Both the position numbers and the translations under genes were made by a program. Below are positions 23,661 to 38,253 of a DNA stretch of 64,000 nucleotides, one piece after another. Under the pieces are notes generated by a model. The model was not told where the DNA came from and did no database searches. It worked only from the letters and a program-made list of their open reading frames with translations. How positions within the stretch are numbered: the first letter of the stretch is position 1; each line of letters begins with the position of its first letter. The stretch lies in NCBI GenBank assembly GCA_051294905.1, contig CM119386.1, positions 22,320,001-22,384,000 of the forward strand, in the 5' to 3' direction. Origin of the DNA: Botryllus schlosseri (lineage: Eukaryota).

Positions 23661-26335
23661 ATATGTGGCCTTTACTCCGCTCCACATACCATATTGCCTC
23701 CGGTGCAACGCATCACTCGTAAGTTGACTTTGTGGAATGTTGCTGAAGTATCACGACTTCGGAAATCGACTGTTTCCCGGAAAATTTGTAGCTTGGTATG
23801 CTGCCACACAGCAATCAAACTACCAATGCCTCCACACCGTACTTTAGCCCTTTAACTTTCATTCTACTTGATAAACACCTCTCATTGGCGATAAGCGTAT
23901 AAGGTCAGCGCTCGGATAGAGCAGTTCCGATCATATTGTTACTGAATGTCTGACTGTGGTGTGTGTAGCTTCCGTTTTTAAAGTGTGATCCTTTTTCTAT
24001 AGAACAGCCTACCAACTGCTCTGCAAAACCACATGAGGTTCGAGCGTGTGGACACTGTCGTCAAAGCTTGTCGTCACGTAGCGAATTGTTTCGCTGCCGG
24101 GAAATTATGTTATTACATCATCCAACTGTGCGAGCGAATTGAGGAAATGACGGATAAATTGAAATAATACCGAGTAAGTACCCACTTTTTGTCATTGAGC
24201 GTCTTGTCCCATTCAGTAGTCGCTCGTCCTATAGAGCAACCGGGCATTGCCCTACACAAAATTATGTTCAACAACAAATACTTACCATTGATGTACGCAC
24301 GCCAGTTTGTACGTACCAAACTAATAGAGATAATAATAACAAAAAAAATCGCATTATTATTTTCCTCTTGCTTGTGAATGCTTGTATAGAGCGGATTATC
24401 TGCATAAATGTGTATTCGTGTAGCGAATGCCTCGGCAAGGCATGCGCCGGTAGCGCTTATTCCAAGCTTTCACTGTCTACCCTCTCAAAGTAGCGCCTAA
24501 CAAAGAGACGGTAATTTACTCTCTACTATTTCTCATATTACCGATAAAGTCTGAGAAAATATGTACGTGCCTCTAAGGCGTGATGTAATGATCGTATCTA
24601 TATGTAAACTCGGCTTCCGCCGTATGCGTTGACTCTACCTTTAGTGGTATAGGGTGGTTTAGAATGTGTTTCACACCATGATCATTATTGATACTTGGCA
24701 TGTCATGTCGTGATGGTGGTATTTTTCACTGCCACAATTTTCCCGTATTCTACTGCAACTCCAGCGTGGCCATTTCGTGTCCTAAGTTAAGTGTGTGCTT
24801 ATCCCTTATATCTCGCAAACAGATTCTACTCGAAAGCTGGTATTGGTATCTATTGATTTGGACGATGTTTCCTACCCAGATCGTTAATCACTTTCGGCGC
24901 GGTAAGTCTTATTGTTGGTGCAATACGTTATACCAAGTTTAAAGTTTGTTCCGAGATTTGTTAGTGATGGCAATTTATCGCCGACAGATTTTACGCGAAC
25001 CGGTATTGGACTCCAATTATTTCAGCGATGCTCCTTATTTAGTCCCATCATAAGCTTTTCCATGGTAGATCATTAGCTTAGTATCGAATGCTGTGCCAAG
25101 TCACAAGGTTGGCGCACACTAATCATGGCAGTCAGTTCGATATCAGTAGCGGAGACCTCGTCAGTACAAAATATGCCATTACTATTGACTCGAATACTAT
25201 GCAGGTAAGGCTGGGTTTGCGAACGGTGTTAAGTTGATGGTAGGTTGAGACGAACAAAACTAAAAGCAAAATTGCACAACGACTAATTACCCCTATTTGA
25301 TAGTAGCCGCATTTTCAGAATGAAGGCTCCCGTATCTCTTTACATATGATGATTAATTCTAAAGTAGAGCTACCATTTCGAAAAACAAAGTGATATAAAT
25401 AAGAACTACCCTTTGTTCAACATATTATTAGGAATTTGATTTTACCATACGTCTACTCTATAAATATGGTAATTATAATGATCGGTACAGCTTCCTTCCA
25501 AATGTGTTGGAACCGGAATGGTTGGACTCGCATTAGATCTGACGTCCTCCAATTTATATTTTTGCATAGAAGAAAAATGGTACCGGCTCGTATAAAATTA
25601 TACCTCGGGTGCATGAAGAGGACAGGTGCTTCCACACGCAGCTTCGCTGTACAGTTCTGTATCAGTGCAGGCAACGACAATTAATATTATCAGTGACATT
25701 ACTACACAAAACAGAGCCGTAGTACAAGCTATGTAACCCTCACTGCATTCTAGTCAGCTTGAGTCTGATGGGAAGGGCTAGTTATTGAAGCGCACTTTGT
25801 TCAGTATTTACTGTCATTTCGCGAGCGGACCTACCATCATAACTCAATGGGATTTTGATATTACGCTTACGTTGAAGGTAATTTGCTCAAATCCAATCGC
25901 TGAGTAACTCGCTCCACACAGTGTGGCTATATTGGAACGATATTTGCCGAATGATTGAAATAAATCTCACATCCGAAGGGCGGTCACGTGTAAAGCGATT
26001 TTGGTTTCAATTAGAGCTTCTGTAGCAGCAAATATATTTTACGGTGTTGCAGAATTTTGTGAACTTCTGAATAGTTTGAATTCATTGCTTGCAATATTGG
26101 GAACGCGAGAAATATATCAAACCACTTATCGAATTTCAGTTATCGTGTGGGTTTTTGAGACAAAATGACTCAGGATGATCCTGTTGCGGAAAACATATTT
26201 CCTAATAGTTTGCTTCGCTTGTGCGACTGAAATTGTCACGAAAACCGAGTAAGATGTCCGTATGATTATGTCAATTTTGGATATTTACCACAATCGACAC
26301 CAGTTCCTTCACCCTCCGTTCGGCTCAAGCTAGCC

Positions 26336-26679
26336 CGGTGGCTCCCAGCGTGGGCGATATCGCCCCCAGGGGTCGAGTCGACGATCTAGTTCGCGAATAT
26401 TACGACGGGGGCGGCAGGGGGCGAAAATAGTGAAGGGGGCGATGGAGGGCGATGACGCGTCGAAACGACTGATATCTTTTTTAGTCAAACCGCATAAATT
26501 TAGTTACAAAGGTGTGTTAAATCGGATATCCGCCTGAAAATTCGAGTTTTTTGTTTTTTATAGGACCCGTCGGGGACTACAGTTTGTATGCCCAATTTTC
26601 GGTACACAAAAGTTGGAGGGTGATGATCGGTGTCGATCTTAAAAAGGGGGCGATGGATCGATAAAGGTGCGAAACACTG
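26336..26679. mobile_element. Small hAT (Buster/Charlie-like) MITE
   Basis: Ends CGGTGGCTCCC / GAAACACTG (degenerate CAGTG-type), internal GGGGGCGA repeats, TSD AGCTAGCC/AGCTAGGA (6/8). Confidence 0.7.
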
Positions 26680-27949
26680 AGCTAGGACAAGGCTTGAGCG
26701 TGTGAATAATTGTATCCAGACCTAAATCTATCATAGTGTTTGTGTATAGTGCATGGATACGATTTATCAAGAATTGGCCGTCGCTCTCCAAGGTCGGCAA
26801 GGAGACACCGGGTCCAGCTTTGAGTTATGTTCTGTAGAAGAACATCGCACAACGCGAGCTATTAAAACGTAGTTGGCTTGAGGAGAAAGAATTTCTGTAC
26901 GTGATATTCTTCAACGCACCCTACCTTGTGTGGCAAAAGACTGGTGAGGGCATATCTATTTTAGCGTCGGGACTTGGCGACGTCGGCAACGAAATCGGCT
27001 GACTGAGTGAATTGCACATAAATCGATATTGTTAGGAGCTGAATATTTCTCTATTACTCATTTCCATGCCGCATTAGTATAAATGATGTGGCAGTTTAAT
27101 TGCGTGCCTTTTAAAATACCACATAGAATATCATGCCAGTTCTATTGATGCTTGTTGAAAATGTCAATTTGACTGATTTATTCCATTCACTGGAATAGAT
27201 ACCCAACTGAGGTCGATTTCGCAGTACAGATTATGACAGCTTTACTGTCGCTTTGTTTTAGACATTGCGAGTCGGCAGATAAGTTAGGCTTTTGTTAAAC
27301 TTTCAACTGCAAAATACCTTACCGATTTCAGCGAATTCATATATGCATTGATATAGTCTAGTGAGAGTCTACATATACTCGGCTAACAAAGAAGGGGAAT
27401 GCTCTAGAGAAAATTCTGTAAACGTTCCCTACCTGGACGAGTGCAGACTGGTCAGCGAATGGTAATGTTTTATCATGAGACCATCACGAACTGTATTGCC
27501 CGAGAGTATCTACTCCTAATCTAGTATTAGTGTTGATCTGAGTGTTCTTGTATTCGTATCTTGACAGGTGAGCGTATCTCGTCGATTAATAACTGATTGA
27601 CAATATCTTATCCATTCATTGTTGTCCAGTCCAGCGCGAATGATCAACTGAACAATCCCCCCAAGTACGATCGCTATTCGCCGACTGCAGGGTCAAGTTG
27701 AAGAACATTAAGGCGAACACAAACGCAAAAAAATTAGTCCACAGTATCTGCATTGTCGGGGGCAAAGGTACTAGATTAGTTCGCTTACAGTTTAATTAGA
27801 TGACACCAGAGTATCAAAATGCAAAGAGCCCGCGGCCCAGCTTTTAGGTTTTGAGGGGTCGCGGGACGTAGACTTTATATGGGTTATATATGTATTTTCA
27901 AGGAGGCGTGATCTCTCGAAAAGAAGCGTTTAATAGAAGCACAGTCGAC

Positions 27950-28745
27950 GCTCCTGTCTGAAAATAAAAGACTTTTGTGAGTTTCCTATTGACAGATGCA
28001 TGCAAATTATCGACGGTGTTGGAGGTTATGAAAAGGTGAGTATCATCAGCAAATAGCGTTGTGCGGACTAAAGATGCATTAACAATGTCGTTATTATAAA
28101 TGAGGAAAAAAGTCGGTCCAAGGACTGAGCCTTGTGGCACTCCACAAATTATATATCTGGTAGTCTTTCTTAATGTCCCCAGTTTAACAAGTTGATTGCG
28201 GTTTGCCAGGTAGCTCTTAAGTAGAGTTGCTGCAATACCCCTGACTCCCTAGTGTTCTAGGTTGTATCTTCATATTCTGTGGTTAACTGTGCCGAACACT
28301 TTGCGGATATCGATAAAAATGCCGCAGCCACTTTATTTTTGCTTGATGGTTTTGTAATAGTCCGTTACAATTGATAGTATTGCATGGTTGATGTGGTGGT
28401 TGGATCGGAATACATGCTGAGACAGTACTGCATCCATTTCATAAAGTTCTTAAGTCGGCAGTCCATCAGTTTCTCAAAAACCGTGGCAGGATTTGGCAAA
28501 ACAGATATTGGTCGGTATGTAGAAATTAGATTTGTACAGCCTTTCTTACACACTGGCATTACCATGGCAGTTTTCGGTGCAGCTGAGAAAATGCGTAGAC
28601 GTATCGACTCATTAAATAAAATGCATATAACATCACCAATAATATTAAATACTAGCTTCAGAAAGTTAGTTTGGATGAGATCGGGTCCTACTGCGTTGTT
28701 ACTTTCCGTTTCATATAATACGATCGCAACTTCTCCTTGACTCGT
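27950..28745 (-). pseudogene. L2/CR1-clade LINE reverse transcriptase fragment (frameshifted, with stops)
   Basis: Minus-strand peptides AVGPDLIQTNFLK...LFNESI...VMPVCKKG...YRPISVLP...FEKLM, GIFIDIRKVFGTVNHRI, LEH*GVRGIAATLLKSYLANRNQ, VPQGSVLGPTFFLIYNNDI and LFADDT. Confidence 0.92.
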
Positions 28746-31700
28746 CGGCTAAAGAAAAATGGATTTGAAGGGCCAGGGCTCGAGTACGAGAGAAAGTCAT
28801 CGGAGGAGTTCGGTATTGAAGCTGCAAGATCCGGACCGGATAGCTCGATACCACGCATGATCGGAGTGCGTGAGGTATATCTTTAATCTTTCGGTCTTTG
28901 TTACGTGAAGGTGGATAGCATACAGCGAGGGAATGGAGATGTAGTTTGTTGAAAACGGAATCAAGAGGGATCACATTGATTTAGTGTAAGATGATTTGTG
29001 TAGGTAAATGTTCAACGTCTGCAAATTAAGTCATGTTTATTTTATCGAGTTTCACACACAGCACCCAGCGGGATGAGCTGATATAGATTACCTATTTTTG
29101 ATCGAGCAGCTTGATGCACCATCAAAATGCGAGATAATGCTGTTTAATAAGCTCGTATGAATATATATGCTTGTAGAGCTAGTGATGAAACCTCACTGGC
29201 GGATGAAGTCATGCTGTATATCTTGCTCTGCATTTGCCCTGTTTCAATTACTTGATATGGTTTGGTAGAATGGCTAATGCAAAGTGTTGGTTGTGCCCTT
29301 ATATCGGAACTGCCTTCACATTCATTCAGGCGTCACAGACAACATCCGAGTGTTGTCATGTCATGCAGGATCTGTGGCATAGTGTATTCAAAATATGAAA
29401 TCACTGGAATTATTCTGGTATGAAGCATCGACCTCTTTTGACTATGACCTGCTGTGCATTCATTACCATATGCTTTTAAGTATTACTTATCGGAAAAGCT
29501 GTTGCAAACGTTGAGGAATCTCATGCAAAAGACAGCAGCATTTGGTACATATTAATAGAGAGCGCCAGCTTTTTGTATACGCTCATCAGGTGATTGGGAT
29601 GATGGTTACTCTTTTTTTAATCCCTTATAAGTTTAATGTTAATCGACTATGGCAGATGCCAGGGTGCAGTTCGAAACATCATTCAAGAGACCTGGCGCCA
29701 ATTGACCGACCGTCATCGCTCTCAGGAAGTACACTCATCACGACAAACGTAATTAGTTGAAGATGCTAGAAATCGGTGGCGTTGCTAAACGTTTGAAGAG
29801 CGTTCTGATGCTGCAAGATATTAGACTGGTGAGTTCTTTCACTCCTAAATATGAATTTGAGTTGCAGTCATAAATTTGAAAATTAGTAAAATGAAATTGT
29901 TTGTGTGCCTTGGCAAATTGAAATTGTTTTGCCCTATGTCTTTCCCTACTGCAACAAGATATACACCTTTTTCCTATTACATGACATGTGTACACTGTAG
30001 TACAGTGTATACTGTACCATGCTCGGTAAACTATATAAAATTGTAAGCTCTTCCTAATTGAATTAGATTATAAGCAAAGCACATTTTTTTGTTAAATTTA
30101 CTTTTTCTCACTTTGCAAAAAATCGAAAATTGACATCAATTATGAGTGACAAGGGAATCCTGCAATATTCAAGTCTATTTCATAGAAAGGAGCATGAAAT
30201 TGGTTAGCGTCTGTGCACCATAGCCGAAAAGTTGGACGTGATGTTGCACGAGACGAATATTTTTGTTAGCTCACTACCAACCACCATAGTCAAATAGGAA
30301 TATCCAGAGGAACAATTAATATGATGAGAATTCAAAGAGTATAGAGACTGTCGACTACTTAGGTTAGAATTCGATGAATTAAATTTCGTGCTACTTGGGT
30401 GACATTGCACAACTATAATTATTTATTTGTCAAAGTCTGCACGGTATGGTTATACAATATGCTAAAAATAATTTAGTTACTGTGAGGAATAAATGGAGAC
30501 AATCGAATTATGTTCGTATCAATATAAGTTAGTGAATACCTTTGTATTTTAAAATGAATATGTCTGAATTTACTTGCTCTAGCTATCGTGTATTAACTGA
30601 TGTGCATACTGATGACTAACAGGTCGTTGTTGTTCTCAATAGATCAGGCATGAGTTTCAACTGCTCGCTTATAGAAGTGTGGACGAAATGTAGATAAGTA
30701 CATGGAAGAGCTTCTCACTCTTGGTATACTTTTGGGATAACAAACTGATCAAGAGGTTGGTGTTATGTTTCATGATTAACAGTGCAACGGTCATAGGCGC
30801 CTACTTTGATTCTGGCATGGGTTGGCGGCAGGCACGTAGCCAGTGGGTGTCGAGATCCCTCTTGAAAAGCAAAACCACTTCCTTTTGAAATGAGTATTTT
30901 GACTCTAATATTCAACAAGTCGTATTATCAGTGTTACGCTGGGCCGCGACCAATTAGCGAGATTCGTCTGTGCAGGCATCTCGCATCACACAATGGTACG
31001 CGACGCGATTTTTCGCTGAAATATGTTAAAAGCTGCTTGCGGCCCTCATCGATGCGAATAGTGCACTTCAATTTGTAGAAGGTGGACGTATATTTGTTCG
31101 TCAAATCGTTATGACAGATGGTGTTTCGCAGAGCGCGCGATGAAATCGACGTTTCTGAGGGTGAGGTCGCAGTTGTACATTTAATAAGTATCGGTAATTT
31201 GCTAAACTCAGCACGTTGTGCGAAATACATAATAGTGATAAATATTACCGGACTGGACAATCAACCGGCAAAGTTATGCTGTTAGAGAAATTGCAGATAC
31301 ACCGCAAACCAGCGATAATTACAATTACAGGGAGCCCCTGTCATACGCGGACGCGCTATATCAACCCCCCCCCCCACGACAGTGCACATGAGATATTGAT
31401 AACCCATTTTGTACGCAAATCATTCTCGCTAATTTGCATTAGGCCTACGCAGCATCGATAATACTAATCAGTGGATGGGGTGGGCCGGAATGGAAGCATT
31501 TGAAGTGCAGGAATGTCCCACACCCGTATATGATGATTGTTATAAGTCCTTGCCATGTTTATTACCATTATACTTATTTGCAGGGAAATGAATATGATGA
31601 AATTCATGTCCTACTCCGTCTGCAGAACCTCTCAGAGACGAGAAAATAAAGTCGAACCATTGCTTGAGTGCGATATGTATTTATCAGGTAAGACTTGCTA

Positions 31701-32779
31701 CCTGTATAGTATGGATCTGCTTCATTTCAGATATATATAGATAGACATGCTTGAGACGTCTCAACACGAAGGTGCATTATGTTATGCTAAACACCGCGCG
31801 TGGCGTAATGGAGCTGCATAATTTAGTATTAAGGCCAACTGACTTGGCTGCGCGTCAACCATCATCAACCCGTTACTGAAACATAAAAGTCACAGCGAGT
31901 AAACCGATGGTGACGTTATCGCACCATAAATTTCACAACGGGGTAGGATACGCGAAATTCGAGCGTGACAGGTCCTACGCGAAATTCGTTTAAGTTATGC
32001 TTATCCTATTTTGGAACAGGCAAAGGAGGATTTTCACCGTACCAGTACTGGAGTTGCCAATAGGGAAGATATTTAGGCGTCCTAGGATGACAACTTAAAA
32101 AAAAAAAAAATAGTACAAATCCTTATACAGGATGTCGTATGGTAACCCTACTTTTAGTTCAGCACCATTACGGTGGCGATCTGCAGACAAAGGTTGCAGT
32201 ACCTTTTTTCTCGACCCGCGAGTTAATTTGCTACCACATCATTGCGGTATAGCGCAGTGCCCCTTTAAGATTATTCAACTCACAATTTATGATCTAACAA
32301 GGTCCGTGGTACATTGATATTCTGATGATGTAGATAAATGTATGCGTCTGATCACAGTTGGTGCATCTAATAATGCTTCGCTTTCTAATCGAATAATAGA
32401 ATATTACGGAAATATGCCGTACACGCCATATGTGACGGTATGTCCTGAAGAAATAAAATACAGTAGGCCCGAGGTTGCCATAAATATCCTGACTGAACAT
32501 ATTTTGTTGCATGTCGCATCTAAACCACCTTGGTGTGTACGACATATTTCCTTCGTAACATCGGGTGACAACAATAAAGTTCGATATCTGTGTGATATTC
32601 TTGTGTAAATTTAAATAAATTGAAACTCTATCGCGGTGGCGTTCTGAAGAAAATGGCTGTGGCCTAAATTTTTCTCGTTTCCCCCTCAATTAGGAACGAC
32701 ATAATATTTAGAGTGCAGTCCCCCTTTATACTATCCGCTGGTTTAACGACATCTTTAATATGAGAAGAAGGGTCTTAAC

Positions 32780-34415
32780 CAGAGGTCGCAAACACGCGAG
32801 AGTATTTTGTGCGGCCCGCGACGGAATTTTGGAATTTCAAGTACTCAACCATATATCCAAGGGCCATATCTTTTTAGATGTAAGAGCTTAGAGTGCAATG
32901 TAAAACCACTATAAAGAACACTGGGATCTCAACAAACTTCACTATCACATCACTATCAAAAGCTACCATGAGGTAGAAGATTTGCTATTACGGCATAGTT
33001 ATAGTTCACGACGACAGGCCATGACCCGTTAATGATTCGTGACGTAAAATTGTGATTTGGTTTGGTGCGACCTTCTCGTAAAATTACTGGATTTTTGGAT
33101 AGACTGAATGATTAAATAAAAATGACTCGAGTTGAGTAGAATCAAACGTTAAAATCAGACGAGGACTTGCGAATCGCAACAGTGACTTGGTAATCCTACG
33201 GGCGCAACAATCTATGAAACTGTCATGGAGAATAGCAATATATCAAAAGGTCGTGGCTTTCGCTGCTTAGGGTTTATAACTACCTAATCAGGTCAGTATG
33301 GCAACCAGTGGCATTCTATAGGATCCCGTGACGTATAGTTGGTTACATGCTGGGTGTTGTTTGTTATTTTTGTCTGCGGGTATTATAGTAGGGAGTAGGG
33401 TAGCACTATGCTCTACAGCTGTAACACCAATGAATTATTCGCTGATTGAACATTGCTATTGCAGGGGTTCCTAACCAGGGTCCGTACAACCCATCTGGGT
33501 ACGAATCACCACATCAAGGTGTGCGAGATGCATTGTGGAATTAGGCCCATATGGTGTGGAATATCTTCTTGGCCGCTTTATTCAACTGGAAAACCGTCTT
33601 GTGTGATTGGGCTTTGTGATTTTAATAGAGGTACCATCAGAAATTGTGTTGAAAATGGAGAGGCGCTACGATAAATCTCATTGGAAGCACAAGGGGTACG
33701 ATCGCTAAAATGAATAAGAAGCAATGCTATTACCGTGGCTAAATACTTATCATATTAAAGTTGTTATGAATATGTTCCAATAATAATCGAGGGCAAAATG
33801 TAACGCTGATTGAATTTTTTACTTTGGCAATGACAATAACAATAGCCTATCAATACTATATCAAAACCTGGATTAGGCGACACCGCTCAACTGCTCTGAT
33901 ATCAGATCAATCTTCAGTGTTTTTTTAAATAACTACATAAAATGGTGGCAAGTCAAAGGTCAACTAGCTGCACAGTGCACAATTCTAACCCGACAGTTTT
34001 ACGATGTGTTGACCATTGTACCCTCTAAGCTGAGCACGTGGTCAAATGCGCAGCGCTCATACGGTATCTACGGGCATGGAAGATCTAAGTAGCGCACAAA
34101 TAATCCGAAGTGATGACCATTGGTCATGATGCATCCTCTCGTATATGTCTATTACTTATTAACTAGTAAAATTATGCCCGGTAAAAAACTATTATTCAAA
34201 TATTTGAAATGTGATTTTATTTCGTGTCAAGCGTTAATAATGCCAAAATAAATCACATTTCCACGATGTTTGTGGAATGCCTGTCTGCAAGGAACCGTAA
34301 ACTAAGGCGTAGTTGGAACCTATACATTGAATATCACGATTATTTATGCGGCGGCTCGCGTCGTCATCCAAAACGAGAAAATGGCTCGCGAGCACATTTG
34401 AGTTGGAGACCTCTG
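32780..34415. mobile_element. Non-autonomous hAT element, 1636 bp
   Basis: TIRs CAGAGGTCGCAAAC / GTTGGAGACCTCTG (12/14), GCGGCCCGCG/GCGGCTCGCG subterminal motifs, perfect 8-bp TSD GTCTTAAC (32772-32779 and 34416-34423). Confidence 0.87.
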
Positions 34416-34424
34416 GTCTTAACC

Positions 34425-34945
34425 AAGTCATAAATCTCCAAGTCACAACTCAATCTCACTTTTGTAAGATTGACTCGAGTCGAGTTGAGTTATTTTCAAT
34501 TCACCACCGAGTCCTAGTTCAAGTCAACAAGTAGAGGTTCGAGTCAGAGTCATGGTGTTATGAGTCGAGTCTGAGTCCAAGTCATTGTGGTGAGTGATCA
34601 GTTTTCAGTTAAAGTATTGTTAACTCCACTTTTTAGCACTGTTCGGTGATATCGAATGGCTCGCATTTATAACACACTAATTGTCCTTACTTATAGTAGT
34701 TTCTGGTCGCATTTTCAAGTGCCAGTACTAATAGACGAAATGCCAACAGTGTTGTTATTTGAGTGTTATTCGAAATTACGATGAAATAGATATGTTGGCC
34801 GTCTGAGTCTCGATTATTGTGACTTGGTTCGAGTCATGTGCAGTCACTCAAGTCCGAGTCGAGTCGGGTCATTTTTTGTTTTGAGAAATCTACTCACTTA
34901 AATTCAAGTCCACAGAAAGTTGTGACTCAAGTCATTACAACCCTC
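34425..34945. repeat. GACTCGAGTC-rich MITE-like repeat, right end TTACAACCCT
   Basis: Dense GACTCGAGTCGAG / GAGTCGAGTC / GTGACTCAAGTCA motifs ending in ACAACCCT. The 54800-55650 copy ends similarly (ACAACAACCCTG). Confidence 0.55.
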
Positions 34946-36418
34946 ATGAGAGGTCTCATAACATCATTTTCAGCTGTAGTTGGTCATGTGCTCTGGATTC
35001 GTTTGTGAATATCCAGCAATATAATTCGAAGCTAACATATTGTTTTAATTCCAGGCATATACAGTCGATTTAACGACTTCAAAGTTGACCCTCATGAGTT
35101 GATTGCACGTCATGAGAATGGGGATGAACAATCGTGGATTTCGGCCAATAGCATCACCGGCAAGCGCAGATCCGAAAACCAAAGAAGACCGTTTGAGAGG
35201 ATAATTGATCTCGTGGCATGCTATTACCCATGTGATCTTAGTTATCCAAAGATCTTTCACATAATGCCATTCGTGCAACGTGTCCTTGTTGGTGATCAAA
35301 ATTCGCGATTTCAGTCGAACAAGTTCGTCAATTTTAGGAATAAAATATCCAAATGTCCAGCAGTCGACGGGAAAATAGTAGGCTAAGTAACCTCCCCTGC
35401 TCCAAGCACTTGTATTATGAGCACTAATGTCTAGTGCTGGGCGAAATCGAGTACCTGAGTGATTCGATTCTGAATCGCGTAAAATGCTTCGAGTCGATAT
35501 TCGAGTATCACTCGTTACGACGTAATAACAGATGTCATGTGGCAAAGCTCAAATATGTACCTTCATGTTACAACAACTAGTGTAATGTCTATTATTGATC
35601 GCATAAAAGATTGTTCGGTATTTGTTCGGCCATACGGGTTTCATGGTACTTTGTGACATTGTTGTGAGATGGTCACGACTTGGGAAATATGTAGTTTCAG
35701 TAACGTTCGTAGCGTTGTGCTGTATGTCGCCCATGCTGCGACACGGCCATACGGCCATTCGATGTTTCGAGGCTTTCACGGAAAAATTGTATCGAAACTC
35801 TCAATATCGTTGATAAACTGACATGCAGTGGCGATGAGCGTATCATTACAGTACTCGAAAAATCGAATTTTACTACTCGAGTCGAATGATTATAATAATT
35901 ATTGATCGCTTCAGCTTCGAGTACCCGAATAATCGTACCTAACCCTACTGCTTTCCGTTGTCATGTAATGTACCGATGGATATCGGATATTTGTCCTTTT
36001 TGCATTTGCACACTAATTCGTTTTTTTTTCGTTATGCCTCGACTTTTGGTATGCCTTCAACTTGTCAACTTTTTGTCTTTACTGGCTATGTACATTAGGG
36101 CTGTTCCAAAATAACACACTGCTGAGGTAACATTGGTTTCCGATGTTTTTTGGCAATTTGATCATGTAACCAGTCAATTCGCGTGAAACAATAATTATTG
36201 GCAGCACTACTGTAGTAACACTTTGCTTTAGCTTCGAATCCATTTCTTCCATACTGTTATTACTGTTACATAGTATATTCGTATTGAACGGAACCCGAAT
36301 ATTTTCTGTTGTCACTTGTCAGTGGTAATCGTCAGCAAATCTCGTGGAGAGTTGCAAAGGACTTTGTATATCGACAATCGTATCACAAAAGATTACGTCT
36401 TCTGCATGACATTTCAAT

Positions 36419-36731
36419 AGAGAGCGCGTTCAGTGCACTATTCCCAGCTGGTACACGAAATCCTCTCGACAGAGTTTCGGCTGGTGTATTTACTACATGT
36501 AATTTCCGCAGCTATTAGTCCCTTTACTTCCGCTATTGCGAGTGGGTTGTTGTATGTCTCTTTGTTGGCAGTGAGCGTTTTGCGAATGTCCTGCAGTTGT
36601 TCCATTACTTTAATTAGCATACTGTGCTTCACTTATCAAAATACACCAGCCGTAACGCTGTTAACAGAAGGAGTTCGTGTGCCAACTGCATCGGATTACT
36701 GCACTGAACGCTCTCTCTCTCTCTCGCTCTA
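36419..36731. repeat. Foldback element with ~80-bp imperfect inverted arms
   Basis: Left arm AGAGAGCGCGTTCAGTGCA...CGGCTGGTGTATTT (36419-36491) matches the reverse complement of AAATACACCAGCCG...TGCACTGAACGCTCTCT (36639-36718), followed by (CT)n. Confidence 0.6.
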
Positions 36732-38041
36732 AATGGAATGCTGATGACGTCATGTTTTTGATACGATTTTGTTGAGATACAATGTTCTTTCCAATTCTTT
36801 ACTAGTTAGTGACGATTGCCCCTATGACGAGTGTTAGCCGAAAATATTCGGATCATTTCAATATGAACATATACTATTCAATTGCATATCGAAGTTTTGT
36901 ACCTCAGAGAAGCTCTGTTATGACTGTATACAATCCTGTTTCAATGTGTCAACAAATTTGTGTTTCCAAAACGGCAATTTACACTTTAAACGTACATTTT
37001 ACAAACGAGTCTTTTAAAACGAAATATTTTTCGAGAGCATGTGGAGTGTGGAGGTATGTCAGCTACATACTTTAGACCTCTGCAGTGATAAGTACGGACA
37101 TGGAACTTCAGACCAGACAATATTCAGACATACATCGCTACCACACAATGTGGCAATTGATGTGACAGCGAAATTTGATGAATATTTCTCGGCTTTCGGA
37201 GGAATTTAAGAGGGAATTTTCACTTTAAAACGTGAACAGATATATGTGAAACCTATACAGTGTCAATATATTAATGATGTAAAATGTCGTTAGGGCCACA
37301 CATAATGCTCTGGTTGGCGCGTGTTTGAGGCATCTGGAATAAACGATGTAAATAATCATGCAACAACTTTATAAATATAGTTATATAATGATGTCAAGCA
37401 ATGACGTAAGTGGCTGGCTACAGCAGCGGTTCTCACACTGAGAAGCATGAAAGCATATGAAAAGGGGATGCAAGCAGCGGCCGCCGGATACATTTTTTTC
37501 ACTTCTTTCCGTTTCCTACAAGTAACGGTTATTATTATGTGTACAGTCCTAATATATGCACAAGAATTGTCTCAATAACAATCATAACCCACCACGCAAT
37601 CAAACTTTTGTAACGTGATGAGAAGTGGGCGTGACATTTTTGGCATGAGTTGCGTGTCTATGAAACTTTTTGGAACACTGATGCAGAGATGTGGACCCCT
37701 GTTGTTGACAGTCATACACAATGTTTGACTTTCTGGACAAAACTTTTATTTCAGACTCACGTTACTTAAATCCACTTCAGAAGATCACGCCCTCAAAAGT
37801 TGCCTGTCGCCGGGCACGATAACGGCAAGAGCCAGGGCTGGATTGGGGCAGATGGCCATACAATTTATCGTCACGCATATGATACGGTCGGTCATATGGT
37901 AGTGTAATCAGGGACTCAGATATTGGGTTTCTCGGACTCGGTCCAAAACTACAATATCAGTCGGGCTCAACCATATGAAGATTACCTATTCCGCAATTTG
38001 TGATCGGCTAGTTGCACAATATAACTTGATATTGACTAGAG

Positions 38042-38253
38042 CAGGGGGTCGCAACATTGAGAGCGCGCCGCCTTTGGAAGGAGGTGGGCAACATCCGAAG
38101 GGAGCGCGAATAAGCGCCCACCTGATAAAACATCGCGCACGGCGCGATTTTCCCTCTTATACACGCGAATATACACGGTAAGCGGGGTGGGGGGGGGGCT
38201 AAAATTTCCATAATCATAAAGGGGACGTGTCTTAAAAACGTTGAGAACCACTG
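38042..38253. mobile_element. Small hAT (Charlie-like) MITE
   Basis: Ends CAGGGGGTCGCAAC / GTTGAGAACCACTG with an internal G-run. Flanks GACTAGAG/GACTGCTG (5/8). An alternative left end CAGCGGTTCTCA lies at 37424. Confidence 0.5.
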
